From Eledone cirrhosa (taxonomy: Eukaryota), in NCBI GenBank assembly GCA_964016885.1, contig OZ024745.1:34906001-34970000 (forward strand): a stretch of 64,000 bases of DNA, in the 5' to 3' direction. The translations under genes and the position numbers were made by a program. Below the pieces are notes generated by a model. It had not been told where the DNA came from and searched no databases. It was given only the letters and a program-made list of their open reading frames with translations. This document shows positions 16,365 through 28,553 of this stretch, in pieces; position 1 is the stretch's first letter, and each line of letters begins with the position of its first letter.

Positions 16365-17168
16365 TTCTCTCTAAAAATGAAAGGCAGGCTGTATGATGCC
16401 TGCATACGAACAGCAATGTTACATGGCAGTGAGACTTGGGCATTGTGTGCAGAGGATATATGCAGCTTGCATGCTCCGTTGGATGTGTAATAGTAATATA
16501 CGTGAACGGCAAAGCATAAATGAACTAAGTGAGAAATTAGGAATAAGAGGGATCAGATGCTGTTTACTCGAGAGAAGACTACGTTGGTATGGTCACCTGA
16601 TGCGCATGAAAAACGACAGCTGTATAAAACAAGTGCAGGGCGATTAAAATAGACGGTAGCTACGGAGTAGGCAGACCCAGAAAAACCTGGGACGACTTGA
16701 TAAATTCCGACCTCACACACTTACACCTCTCCAAGACAATGTCACTGGACCGAGATCTTTGGCACTACGCAGTAATACAGAAGACCCGCCTTGCCTAAGT
16801 ACAAAGCGAAACCTACAGTCAGTAGGCACCTCTTAACCAAAATACACCCCGTCCCACTACCCCCACCCCATCCACACCACCCCTTTCGATGTAAAGTTAT
16901 GTTGGTACCACAACATCCATGAGGTTGTGTAGGTGTCACGACAAAAAAAAACACAGTCCACTCTGTAATGTGGCCGTGTAGGTAGCATGGTAAAAACCTC
17001 CCAGCCCACACTCTAAACGTGGTTGGTGTTAGGAAGGGCATCCAGCTGTAAAAAACCCGCCAGACAGTCCTATACAAACAAGACAACCAATCTTGCCTCA
17101 AGTGGGAAAATTCCCGTCCAAACCCATGCTAGCGTGGAAGATGGACGTTAAACGATGATGATGATGAT
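16365..17168 (+). mobile_element. RTE LINE 3' fragment plus RTE-tailed SINE-like segment
   Basis: KGRLYDACIRTAMLHGSETW, RRLRWYGH; (GAT)n tail at about 17155. Confidence 0.85.
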
Positions 17169-18654
17169 ATATATATGGGGTGGGTGCAGAGTGAATGTAC
17201 CGGGTCCTTTGAAATCATAATTGAATTTATAAACTTATTGACCATTGATGTTAAATTCAGATTTAATTTAGATTAAGGGTACATTCAGAGGAATGATAGT
17301 ACCATTTTATATTTAATAGTGGATATTTGTGATTAGGTCCATGCCATAGCAAATAGGCTTACCTTGGTTATTAGGTTGGTAAGGTATAAAACGCCACTGT
17401 AGTAACATAAATATCAGGCAAATTTGTCATTCAAGAAAATCTCCTAGTCTATATTCAAGGTCTAGGGGCAGTTGTGTTCTTAGGTATCCCAGCTACTTGA
17501 TGGATATTGATTGAAAGGTAATATGTGGTTATTATAGAGAGACTGATGGTAGTTATGTTGATGGTGTTATGTGTTTATTAAGCTTTCGCATTGATAGAGT
17601 CCATTTACTTATTCCATATAATTTATCATTGGTAAGAACCCTACATTCATACACTATATTAATCTGCAGGCAATTGTTTCTGAGGGCTCATATATGGAGG
17701 GTTCTGCTGTTACATACATTTTTTGCTGTTTGTTTGGGATTGAACATTAGTTAGGTAATGTTGCCCTGTGTTTGCTTTGTTTAATAAATGCTGAATTCTT
17801 TGTTCTTTTTTAAGGCCCTCATATATTGGTTGGTACACTACTTTCGCTCTTTCGGCTTCTATCCATATTTCTATAGTTCTCAGTTTTGTTGAGGTAATTT
17901 ACCGCCAAATATTTACCTTTTATTCTTATTACAATTACTACTTGTTTGGCTGTTATTATTGTTATCACTGTTATTATTCCTAGTTCTAGTATTATCATTG
18001 GATTATGCATTCTATGGTATCTAAAGAATAAGTTGCCTTACAGAGGTCTGTACCGAGATGACAGCTTTTTCAATCTTAAACAACTATAACAATATTATGA
18101 TAGAAAGAAGCTTACAAAACGGAAATAGAACAAAATAAAAAATACTCAATTTCCGGTGTTTTACTCTAAACCTTACCACAAACCTAATGAAAAATTAAAT
18201 TATGTGAATACCAACTCCAACCAAAGGATATAATAAATATTTTTCTATTAGAATATAAAAACTGTTGACAAATCACAAGATATTTAATACAGATCATTAT
18301 AACAACTCCCTAGCTATGGCAGGATATAAAGAAAAGATAGAATAAACTCCAAATTTATACAATACAAAAGAGTAAAGTCAAGGAACACATGACTAAACAA
18401 ATAAGCAACATAATGGTTTGTTATATAGGCACAAACCCATCAATTTTGGGAGAGGGGAAAGTTGATTAAATCGACCCCAGGTACTTTATTTTATTGACCC
18501 CGTAAGGATGAAAGGTAAAGTTATCCTCAGCAGGATTTGAACTCAGATCATAAAGGGCCATAACTCTATGCTGCAAACCATGGCGTCCGACCCTCTACCG
18601 ATACTGCCAATCCACCGTCCTACGTATGGGCTACATAAAAAAAAAACATGACAC

Positions 18655-18982
18655 TATGGAGGCACTCTGTCAGTTATGACGATGAGTGTTCCAGTTGATT
18701 TAATCAATGGAACAGCCTGCTCGTGAAATTAATGTGCAAGTGGTTGAGCATTTCACAGACATGCCTAACTTTAACATAGATCTCAGGGAGATTCAGCATG
18801 ACACAGAATGTGACAAGGCTGGCCCTTCAAATTACAGGTACAACTCATTTTTTTCAGCTGAGTGGACTTGAGCAATGGGAAATAAAGTGTCTTGCTCAAG
18901 ATACAACGCACCGCCAGGAATCAAACTCATGACCATACGATTGTGAGCTGAATACCCTAACCATAAAGCCACACGCCTTCAC
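18655..18982 (-). mobile_element. CORE-type SINE, different subfamily
   Basis: Shared core aataaagtgtcttgctcaag and tRNA-like head, with a different 3' part. Confidence 0.75.
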
Positions 18983-19107
18983 ACTATACAGGCAAATAAA
19001 CACACAACAAGACCAATAAATAATTGTCTAAACAACAATAATATTACAACAGCATTAAACACTATATCTGATTACACACGTATATAAGGGAAAGAGCATT
19101 CTATTAA

Positions 19108-19313
19108 CCCTTTAGCGAATATACTATTATATTTTCATGATAAAGGCTTTACCTCACATAATTATCTCATATATTATCGAATCTATGAGATTTTGAAAGT
19201 ATTTATTTTGAGAACAATACCTTAACATCAGTTTGAGCAACCAGTTACAGCCAGTTTCAACAGACAGAGATAGAGAATTCTGGCCAGTTTTGGCCGGTTT
19301 GAACATTAAAGGG
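19108..19313. mobile_element. piggyBac-like MITE with TTAA TSD
   Basis: TTAA|CCCTTTA...TAAAGGG|TTAA; empty TTAA site in the mirror arm at 14308-14311; related degraded copies at about 5878-6114 and 54524-54755. Confidence 0.82.
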
Positions 19314-20122
19314 TTAAGGAACACTTATTAAGGAGTTAGCTGGGCAATTACTTGAACAGGGAAGAACTAGACACAAGATCCATAAGATATATGGTGACTG
19401 ATAAAGCAAACTCAGAGAATTAGCCATGGGGGAATGAAAATTTGTAACATATATCGATGTCTAGTTTGAACAAATGAAACAAACACCTGACACATACAAC
19501 TACTAAGGAAGCAACCACTAAGAACATTAAATATAAGCCATGTCTACTGAGACTGCAAAGTAACTAAATACTTCTACTGACCTCATATATAAGAACAACA
19601 AATATATCAACAAATTCTCTTGCCAACATGTTTCCAACTTTTTTTTTTTTTATATTTGGTTTGAGCTAGTCCACTGATGAATTCTTGTCCAACTGGTAAC
19701 ATGGCATAATTAGTCACCAGACAGATCCAGAAATGTACGATATGGTAGTTTATTGAGTTTATTAAAATAGGAAAAACTAGCATCCTGTCTTTGTAATTAT
19801 TTGTATACACACACACACACATTTATATCATTATCATCATCATCACCGTTTTACGTCCATTCTTCCACACTAGCATGGGTTAGACGGGTTGTCCTGTTGT
19901 GGGCAGTGCCCAGTCGGCTGACCATGCCTTGCTCATATGGGAACTTATTCTGGCTTGATTTCTACAGCTGGATGCCCTTCCTAACACCAACCTCATTTAC
20001 AGTGTGGGCTGGGTGCTTTTTTGCCGTAGCACCTCCACGACCACTTTACAGTGGGAGGGGGTGGGACATATTGTCTATATGTAGAAATATATATGTATAT
20101 ATATATGTATATATATGTATAT

Positions 20123-22170
20123 CATCATCATTGTTTAACGTCCATCTTCCATGTTAACATGGGTTAGACGGTTTTATTCCATTTGATGCGGGATTGTACA
20201 GAAGTGTCTCTGGCCGGTTTTCTATGGCTGGATGCCCTTCTTAACACCAACCACTTTTACAGTATGGACTTGGAGCCTTTTTACTGTGTCTCCTACACGA
20301 CCACTTTACAGTGTGGACTAGGTGCTTTTTGTTGTGTCACCGACACATTGGATGGAAATGGGTGGATGGGGTGGGGTGTGTGGGGTGGGGTGTATATTGG
20401 GTTAAGAGGTGCCTACAGACTGTAGGTTTATATGCAAGGGAAGGCGGGTATTCTGTACCACTGCATAGCGCCAAAGATCTTGATCCAGTGACATTGTCTT
20501 AGAGAGGTGTAAGTGAGCAAGGTCAGTTTTGATCACCTCATCCCAGGTTTTTTTTGGTCTACCCACTCCGTAGCATCCATCAATTTTCATTGCTCTGCAC
20601 GTTTTTATACAGCTGTCGTCCTTCATATGCATCACATGGCTATACCAATGCTATCTCCTCTCCAGAACTTTTATGCTTAGTCTCTCTCTCAATTCATTTA
20701 TGCTTCGCCATTCGCGCACATTACTATTACACATCCATCGGAGCATGCAAGCTTCATTTCTTTCTAATCTATGCAAGTCTTCAGCACACAATGCCAGGTC
20801 TCACTATCATGTAATATCGCCATTCGTATACAAGCATCATACAATCTGCCTTTCACTTTTAGAGAAAAACCCCTTGTGGCCAACAGCGGTATTAGCTCTC
20901 TGAACTTTTTCAATTCCGTTCTAACTCTGGCTACTACACTTCAGAACACCCTCCTCCACTGCTGATTTTGTCACCCAGGTAACAGAAAGTGTCTACTATT
21001 TCTATAGGACCATCTGGGCAGTTGAAGGAGATAGCATCCAGTGGGCCCTTGCTACTTACTGTACCCGAGCATCAGTCACATATAAAATCTACATTCTTAG
21101 ATAGCTTACCTGTGATCCCACTACATCTTTTATGTAGCCATAATTTGCATTTGAGGCATAGAATGGAATTTCTACCTACTCCTTTCTTACACACTGAGCA
21201 TGGCCATTTCCCAGAGGGCACCTGTGCCCTATTCTCCTTTCTACATACTAGAACTTTAGCCTTAGACAAGTTAATTCTAGGCCTTTTGATTCTAGGCCAT
21301 GCTTGGAAGTTCTTCTCTAGTTCAGCCATGGATTCAGCTATGAGAGTAAGGTCATCTGCATATAGAAGTTCCCATGGGCAGCCAGTTGTAAACCCTTCTG
21401 TTATAGCCTGTAGGACACTAATAAACAGGAGGGGGCTAAGGACGGAGCCCTGGTGAATCCCTACTATTACGCTAAATTCTTCACTATGGAGGCACATGGC
21501 TTAGTGGTTAGAGCATTAGCCTTGCAATCGAACGGTTGTGAGTTCAATTTTCAGACTGGGTGATGTGTTGTTTCCTTGAGCAAGACACTTTATTTCACAT
21601 TGCTCCAGTTTACTCAGCTGTAGAAATGAGATGATAGGGACTGGGGTTCATATCATTCTACTGCAAAGTGGTTGTGGAGGTGCCACGGCAAAAAAGCACC
21701 CAGCACTCACTGTAAATGAGGTTGGTGTTAGGAAGGGCATCCAGCTGTAGAAATCAATCCAGAATCAGTTCCCGTCCCACCCTTGCAAGCAGGGAAAAAG
21801 CGGACATAAAATGGAATGATGATGATGATGATTCATTGTTAATTTTAACTTTGCTGACTGTTCCTCTATAGATGGCTTGTATAGCTCTCACAAGCCATTC
21901 ATCTACTCCTAGTTTTCTAAGCAAGTCTTCAGCACACAATGCCAGGTCTCACTATCATGTAATATCGCCAGATTAGGGTATGTGGGACTCTATCAAAGGC
22001 TTTCTCCGAGTCAACAAAAGCTTATTAGAGTGGTTTACTTTTAGCTAGGTACTTCTCCTGTAGTTACCGTATAAGGAAAAGAGCATCCGTGGTGCTTTTA
22101 CCTGGCACAAATCCAAACTGCATTTCATTTGGATCAATTTAGTCTCTAATCAGTTGAGTAATAACTCTGT
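20123..22170 (-). mobile_element. RTE LINE RT fragment, split by a SINE at 21490-21830
   Basis: HQGSVLSPLLF, ELLYADDL, KWPCSVCKKGVG, LRKLGVDEWLV. Confidence 0.88.
21490..21830 (+). mobile_element. tRNA-derived CORE-type SINE with RTE-like 3' tail
   Basis: A box tggcttagtggtt, B box gagttcaatt, core ccttgagcaagacacttta...cagctgtagaaatgag, (GAT)n tail. Confidence 0.85.
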
Positions 22171-22249
22171 CATATGTGTACATATATATATGAAGTTATT
22201 TGTCTTTAATATATGTGTGTGTGTGTGTGTGTATGTAATTATATAAGTA

Positions 22250-22640
22250 TTATCATAATCACTGATTTTACGTCTGTTCTTCCATGCTAGCATGGGTTAG
22301 ACGGGTTGTCCTGTTGTGGGCAGTGTCCGGTCAGCTGACCTTGTCTTGCTCATACGGGAACTGATTCTGGCTTGATTTCTACAGCTGGATGCCCTTCCTA
22401 ACACCAACCTCATTTACAGTGAGTGCTGGGTGCTTTTTTGCCATGGCACCTCCACAACGACTTTGCAGTGGAATGATAGGGACCCCAGTCCCTATCATCT
22501 CATTTCTACAGCTGAGTAAACTGGAGCAATGTAAAATAAAGTGTCTTGCTCAAGGAAACAACACATCACCCGGTTCGAGAATTGAACTCACAACCTTTCG
22601 ATTGCAAGCCCAATGCTCTAACCACTAAGCCATGTCTTCA
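22250..22640 (-). mobile_element. CORE-type SINE copy
   Basis: Reverse complement of the 21490 family; near-identical to 54058-54450. Confidence 0.85.
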
Positions 22641-22879
22641 CTATATGTATATATATATACATAATCATCATTTCCATTCCATTTAACGACTTATTTTCCA
22701 TGCTTAGATGGGTCATCTACATTTTTAGGCATGCCTGGCCCATTGGCTATGACATACCTTGCTTATATATATATCTATATCTATATATATATATATATAT
22801 ATAACTTTGATAAGCTTGGGCCAGTATTGGTCCAGGTCATGTCTAGCTTATTAGCACTACCTGGCAAAGTCTTTCAAAT

Positions 22880-24420
22880 GATTTGGATACCAAGGCCCAC
22901 TCAATTAGAGAGTTATTGTTTTCGGAGACATCTGGGAGTAGGGAGTTTATAACACCAATGACCTATCGATATGTAACACAAACTTCAAAAAACCTGTCAA
23001 ACACCTGATCACTTATAGATCTGGTGAAAATCCTAGCCAGATAGATTTTATCCTTACCTGAGGATGAGATAGAGTGTTGGTGGTAAACACAAAAGCCTTC
23101 ATAACCTGGTAGTTACTGACTTCCCTGTTAGAGCTAGACAAACCTGGAGACAGAGGGCAATCTGGAGGAGAAGGATATGGATGTTGAAAGATCTCTTAGC
23201 CAGTAACAGATTTAGAGATTTTTGCTTGACGCCTATGACAGTAAAGAAGAACAGATCGAAGCATTCAATACAGATAAACATCAAGTGTTCCAGAATGATA
23301 ATCTACTGAAGGTGACAGACAAGACCTGTGGATGGAGCAAGACTACAGAGAGAAGGAGAGTGACTTGGTGGTGGAACAATAAGGTAGATGAGACAATTAA
23401 GGCCAACAGACCAGCATGGAAAAAATGAAAGCAGCTGGTCTATTGGAAATAGTTGCTGAGAGGCTGAAAGCAATCTGAGTCAGTAGGTCACACCACATAG
23501 CCACATGTATTGTAAACCAAGTATTACTAGAAGACATCATACTGAATGATTGGTGCAGCAGCATCATTGTCAACTGCTACATGGGTAAAGGAGATGCACT
23601 AGATAGAGCAAACTATAGCGGCATCAAGTTGATGGACCAGGTCATGAAAATAACAGTTATAGCACAGCTGATTAGGGACTGGGTAAATCTAGATGAGACG
23701 CAGCTCAGATTTGTACCAGGCAAAAGCACCACAGATGCTCTCTTCCTGGTGAAGCAGCTGCAGGAAAAGTATCTAGCTAAAGGTAAGCTGCTCTACTTGG
23801 CATCTATTGATCTGGAGAAAGCTTTGACAGAGTGCTCTTAGAACACTAGGAGTAGATGAGTGGCTTGTTAAGGCTGTACAAGCCATGTATTGAGGAGCAG
23901 TCAACAGCAATAATGAGGAATTTAGTGTGCAGGTTGGTGTCCACCAGGGCTCTGCTCTTAGCCCTCTCCTGTTTATCACACTGCAAGCTATATCAGAGGA
24001 GTTTAATACTGGCTGCCCATGTGAACTCCTGTATGTGGATGATCTTACACTCACCAGAGTCTATGGTGAAACTAGGGAAGAAATTCCAAACATTGAAGCA
24101 GGACATTGACTTTAAGACCCCTTGATTCTAACTGAAAGATTAAGGTCCTAGTTAGTAGGATAGAAAACAGAGCCCTGATCCCCTCGAGGAAATGGCCTTG
24201 TTCTGTTTAGGAAAGGTGTAGGTAGAAATTCCATCCTCTGTCCCAAATGCAAATTATGGGTACACAAGAGATCTAGTGGGATCTCGGGAAGTCTATCTAA
24301 AAATGTAGGTTTTACATGTAGCCGCTGCATCGAGGCAGTAAACGACCACAGGAAACAAAGACTTTCAAATTCCTGGAAGGTTTGGGAGATGCAATAGACA
24401 GCTTCTCCGACCTGGGAGAC
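22880..24420 (+). mobile_element. Degraded RTE LINE fragment with internal deletions
   Basis: VTWWWN, KGDALDRANY, PGKSTTDALF, HQGSALSPLLF; many stops. Confidence 0.85.
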
Positions 24421-25160
24421 CAAACGGCTTAGCTTATCAGGCTGATCCCAGCTAGCTGAAATGCCCTGACCCAGGCTCATCACTGAGGTGGCTCAGCCTT
24501 GTTGACAGCCAGGCCAAACAGTCCTGATATAGCCTAGCTGGCTTGGATAGGATGGGCTGAACTAACCTGGTCTGGCTGAGCTTACCTGGTCTCGTTTGTC
24601 TGACTGATGTGGATAAGTTGTACTGGTTGACTAAGTGGCCTAGTCTTGCTGAAATGGCTAACTGTTGGACCTGGGTAGTTGAGTTGAACCTTGACTAGCT
24701 TGTTTAGCCAGCTGGACTCATCTAACTAGCTGTGCAGGGTTGGTTGAGCTGGGTTTAAGCTGGCCTGCTTGTATTGGGCTATCCTGGAATGGATATTTGA
24801 AGCCCCCTCGCCTAGCCTGCATGACAGAGCTGGCCAGGCTGTATAAGTTGGGTCAACTAGAATACAGGTGAATGGGCTGTGTTGGACCTGGGCTGAGCCT
24901 GCGTCACTTAGCTCTGAAGCCTGGCTGGTTGAGCTGACTTGGCTGACTGACATCCTTGAGGTCTGAGCTGGCCTAACCAGGGCAAATTACGCTATGCTTG
25001 GCGAGCTTGCCTGTCTGACTAAGCTGGTTTGGGCACACTGGACTTGCAGATTAAGATTGCATGGCATGATTGAACTGAGCCATGCACACCAGGCCTACTC
25101 CATTGGGCTCAGCTGGCCTGACTGGCTACCTTGCTGACAGAGCTCGCCTGGTCTGGCCAG
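24421..25160 (+). repeat. GC-rich degenerate pentamer tract (GAGCT/GGCTG/GACCT)
   Basis: Abrupt compositional change; dense AGCT, CTGG and CTGAG motifs. Confidence 0.7.
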
Positions 25161-28100
25161 ATGTACTTCAAAATAGCAAGATCTCAAAATGTGAAAAATG
25201 TAAATTAAAATCATATATTAACTATCAAAACTGGGAATAATTCCTTGAATGAAAAATCAAGAGCATGTTTCTCATTGATAACTCTGCTCTATTTAGTGAC
25301 AAAAGGAGGAAGTACAAATGACTTTTCATGCTATGTATAAATACTTTTGAATAAATTATTGAATTTAAAAAGTCTGCTGTGAAGATAAAGAAAATGGGAA
25401 CCACTGATCTGGGTGTATCAATTCAAACATCCCATGAGAAACTAAATGCATTTACATTAATTTATTGTTTAACTTTACATGGGAATGCATTCTAATTTCT
25501 TACTATTGAGTATAAAGATGAATTGAGAGGTCTACTTATATTATTGATTAGTGTTCAGAAAGGTTGAAAGTTATAAATGAATATATTCTGCAGAAGTTAC
25601 TGTATAACATGTCAACAAAGCACGAGTAGTTTTATTTCTCCCGACCTTCACTATCAGAAAGGAAATAACAGATTCTGACAATTTTAATGTCAATTTTTCA
25701 TCAATCATATATTTTAATGTTGATATTAATATCTATTTCATGGTTTTTACCATCTGCCTAAATGCTAAGACAACAAATACTGAAGCAAGTAATTTAGAAT
25801 TAATATAGCGTTGATTCATCTACAAACTTCTTTTAAATACTTTTGCCCAAATTTAACTCGGTTTCGCCATCATCAAAACGTTTTTTTTATTTTTCATATA
25901 GGGCATGGGTTTATCTTCTTTAGGCAACATGTAGGTGTCCTTCAGTGTTTTTGTAGCTTGGCTGAAGCTTTCAAGTTGTACTTGTCTTGCAAGTGACTTA
26001 ATCAATGACTGTGTTGAAACTAAAGAAATTATATTGTGCCAGTCATTTAGCTGTGAATGAACACACAAAACTATTAAATTTATTTCTTGGTAACAAAGTT
26101 TTTGATACATTTTGGGACATTATGACAATTGTTTCCTCATCCTTTTATGCCTGTTTTTCCATGTTTGAATGTATTGGACATATTTTCCAGCATAGCTTCC
26201 CTCCTCCTACCATATTCTCATGTCAGGTAGTGTTTTGAGATACACTACTTCTACCGATGTGTTGGTCTTCCTCTACAGCAGCTTTCTTTCACTGGAAACT
26301 CCTGGAATTTCTTCACCCAACAACCACCAGCCATATGCATCAAACATCTAGACAGTGCAGTCTCTCTCTTGTACACTTGAAACCAGTTTTTATCTCAACC
26401 CATTCACAGTAACATCAAGTGAATGATTTTTTAGTTAACTCCAATTTTTGTTACATTTTGATTCATATATAGGCCAAAATGTAGACTAGTGGTTGCCAAC
26501 GTGTGGTCCACAAAAGTAGGACTGATGTCTGTGAGTTAAGTTTAAAAATTTCAATAAGCCGCTGTAAGACAGGGTTTCAGGTTAAGTCACATTGTGTGAT
26601 ACCTTGGGCAAGTGTCTTCTAGAGTTTCTGGCTGACTAAAGCTTTTTGGGTGAACTTGGTACATGAAAATTGTGAAAGCCTGTCATTCATATGTATGTAT
26701 ATGCATCTTCACATCGTAAACATTAGGTCAGTGAAAAGTATGGGTTGGCAACAGAAAAGGCACCCAGCTGCAGAGATTTGTCATGAATAACTCAGAGAAA
26801 AAGCACAACTTATAATAAGGCTGATAAATATAAACTTTCAAAGTATTGACATTTTCCCCAAATCTATAGGAACAGTCCAATATTTTTAGATGCTTTTTAG
26901 CAAGAGTCTCCTCTGGGTGGTTGGTATTTCAGTATTTAACTACACCAATGTTAAAATATCCTTAAAGCTCGCTCAGCTTGCACTTTGTCATTAAAATCCG
27001 GAAACTAAATGGTACAAAAAGCCACTTCTGGCTAAAAACAAAACAAAACCCTTTTGTTACAATATTCCAAATGAAACATGCTATTATTTGAAAATAATCA
27101 AGAATTTTAAGAGAATTTTGTAGAATAATCAACCTTATTATTAAGTTGAAATTCAGATAATTATTTAAAGGTTCTAACAAAATTATCATGGAAGATCTAA
27201 TATAAACACTTTAAAATAAACAATTTTGAATTGAAGAAACAGGGCTGGTTTTACGTAGTTTGGTATCAAAAGGGTTTGTATATTTAAACAAAATTTTAGT
27301 CAATAATAAAAGCAAAACAAAACAAATTTTTATGATGTAAACAATTTTAATTAATAATTGTTATAAATATATACATATGTATATACACACTCGCTCATTT
27401 GTTAACATACATACATACATATATACGCATGTACCTTCAGATATGCAGAGTAGGAGAACAATAAAGACAGGGATTTAAAAAAAATGTCAAAGCATCCATA
27501 CTATCACTAGTGTATGTGTGTATGTGTTACTGTACTATGTGTATGTATGGAGATATATATAATTACTAAGAAATAAAAGAATAGAGTCAGGCCAAAAATG
27601 CAAGTCATTAAATGGGCAAGATGACAAGGACTGGGGTTGATGATTATATATATATATATATATATGTATGTATAAAAGTAAAAGTGGAAAAGCATAGGGC
27701 ACTATTTAAAGATTATGTTTTTAATCCAACAGAATAAATATTCTTACAATGGTTACATTAAATGGATTTAGGTTTTATCAAATATTACCCGTTTCTCTTG
27801 GTATATCAATCTTATCAAATATTTTAAAAGTTTGTTCTCATATTCTGTAGACAGTTTGAGCATGAGAATTTTTTCTCAAAATCTCTCATATAAGTTTTTT
27901 ATGAAGATAGGGTAGTGAGGGGGGGGGGGGGGGGGGGGGGCAGGATTTAACTGATTCACTAAAAACATTCTCTTGATTTAAATAGAAAGTTCCCTTTCTA
28001 TTCAGAATAAAGATCCCAATGACATTTTGTTGCTCTGTAGTGTGTATGTATTTAGGTAAGGTTCCTGAAAATAACGTGAACGCTTGACACGATGGAAACC

Positions 28101-28492
28101 ACATAAATACACACAACAGGACAACAAAATGCTATCTGGACCTTTATTCTGAGTATAAAATGAACTTTCTAGTAAATTAATTGAATCCTGCTCTGTTGAA
28201 TCCCACTTCCACCCTCATATCCTTCCTTCATAAAGAACGTATATATAAGATTTTCAGAGAAAATTACCCACAGAATGTGAGAAACCTTTTTAATATTTGA
28301 AAAGATTAACATACCAAGAGAAACAGGTAATATTTGATAAAACTTAAATCCATTTAATGTAACAATTATAAATACATTTATTGTCAGATTAAAGAAAAAC
28401 AACCTTTAAATATACCCATGCTTTTCCACTTTTACTTTTTACTTATAATCATTGATTTGTATGGAACTTTGCACCCCACCCCACCTTTTCAA

Positions 28493-28553
<61 letters not shown>

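Larger units (their letters stand above)
13525..19800. mobile_element. Decayed Penelope-like retroelement in head-to-head arrangement: inverted arms 13525-14369 and 19051-19800, minus-strand GIY-YIG relic about 17240-17990, plus-strand RT relic about 18020-18345
   Basis: GLYRDD (18045-18062), KPYHKPNEKLNYVNTNSN, YNNSLAMAGY; CNSR...CLQINIVYECRV; hammerhead core in both arms. Confidence 0.78.

Noticed and set aside
21490-21560. tRNA-like A and B boxes
   Set aside because: SINE head continuing into the core and tail; no full cloverleaf
25392-26510. hAT-Charlie-like termini (tgggaaccactg and tagtggttgccaac) as one element
   Set aside because: They face outward, so they cannot bound a single transposon
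27919-27940. G22 run as a G-quadruplex element
   Set aside because: Isolated homopolymer with no context; its length is unreliable in assemblies
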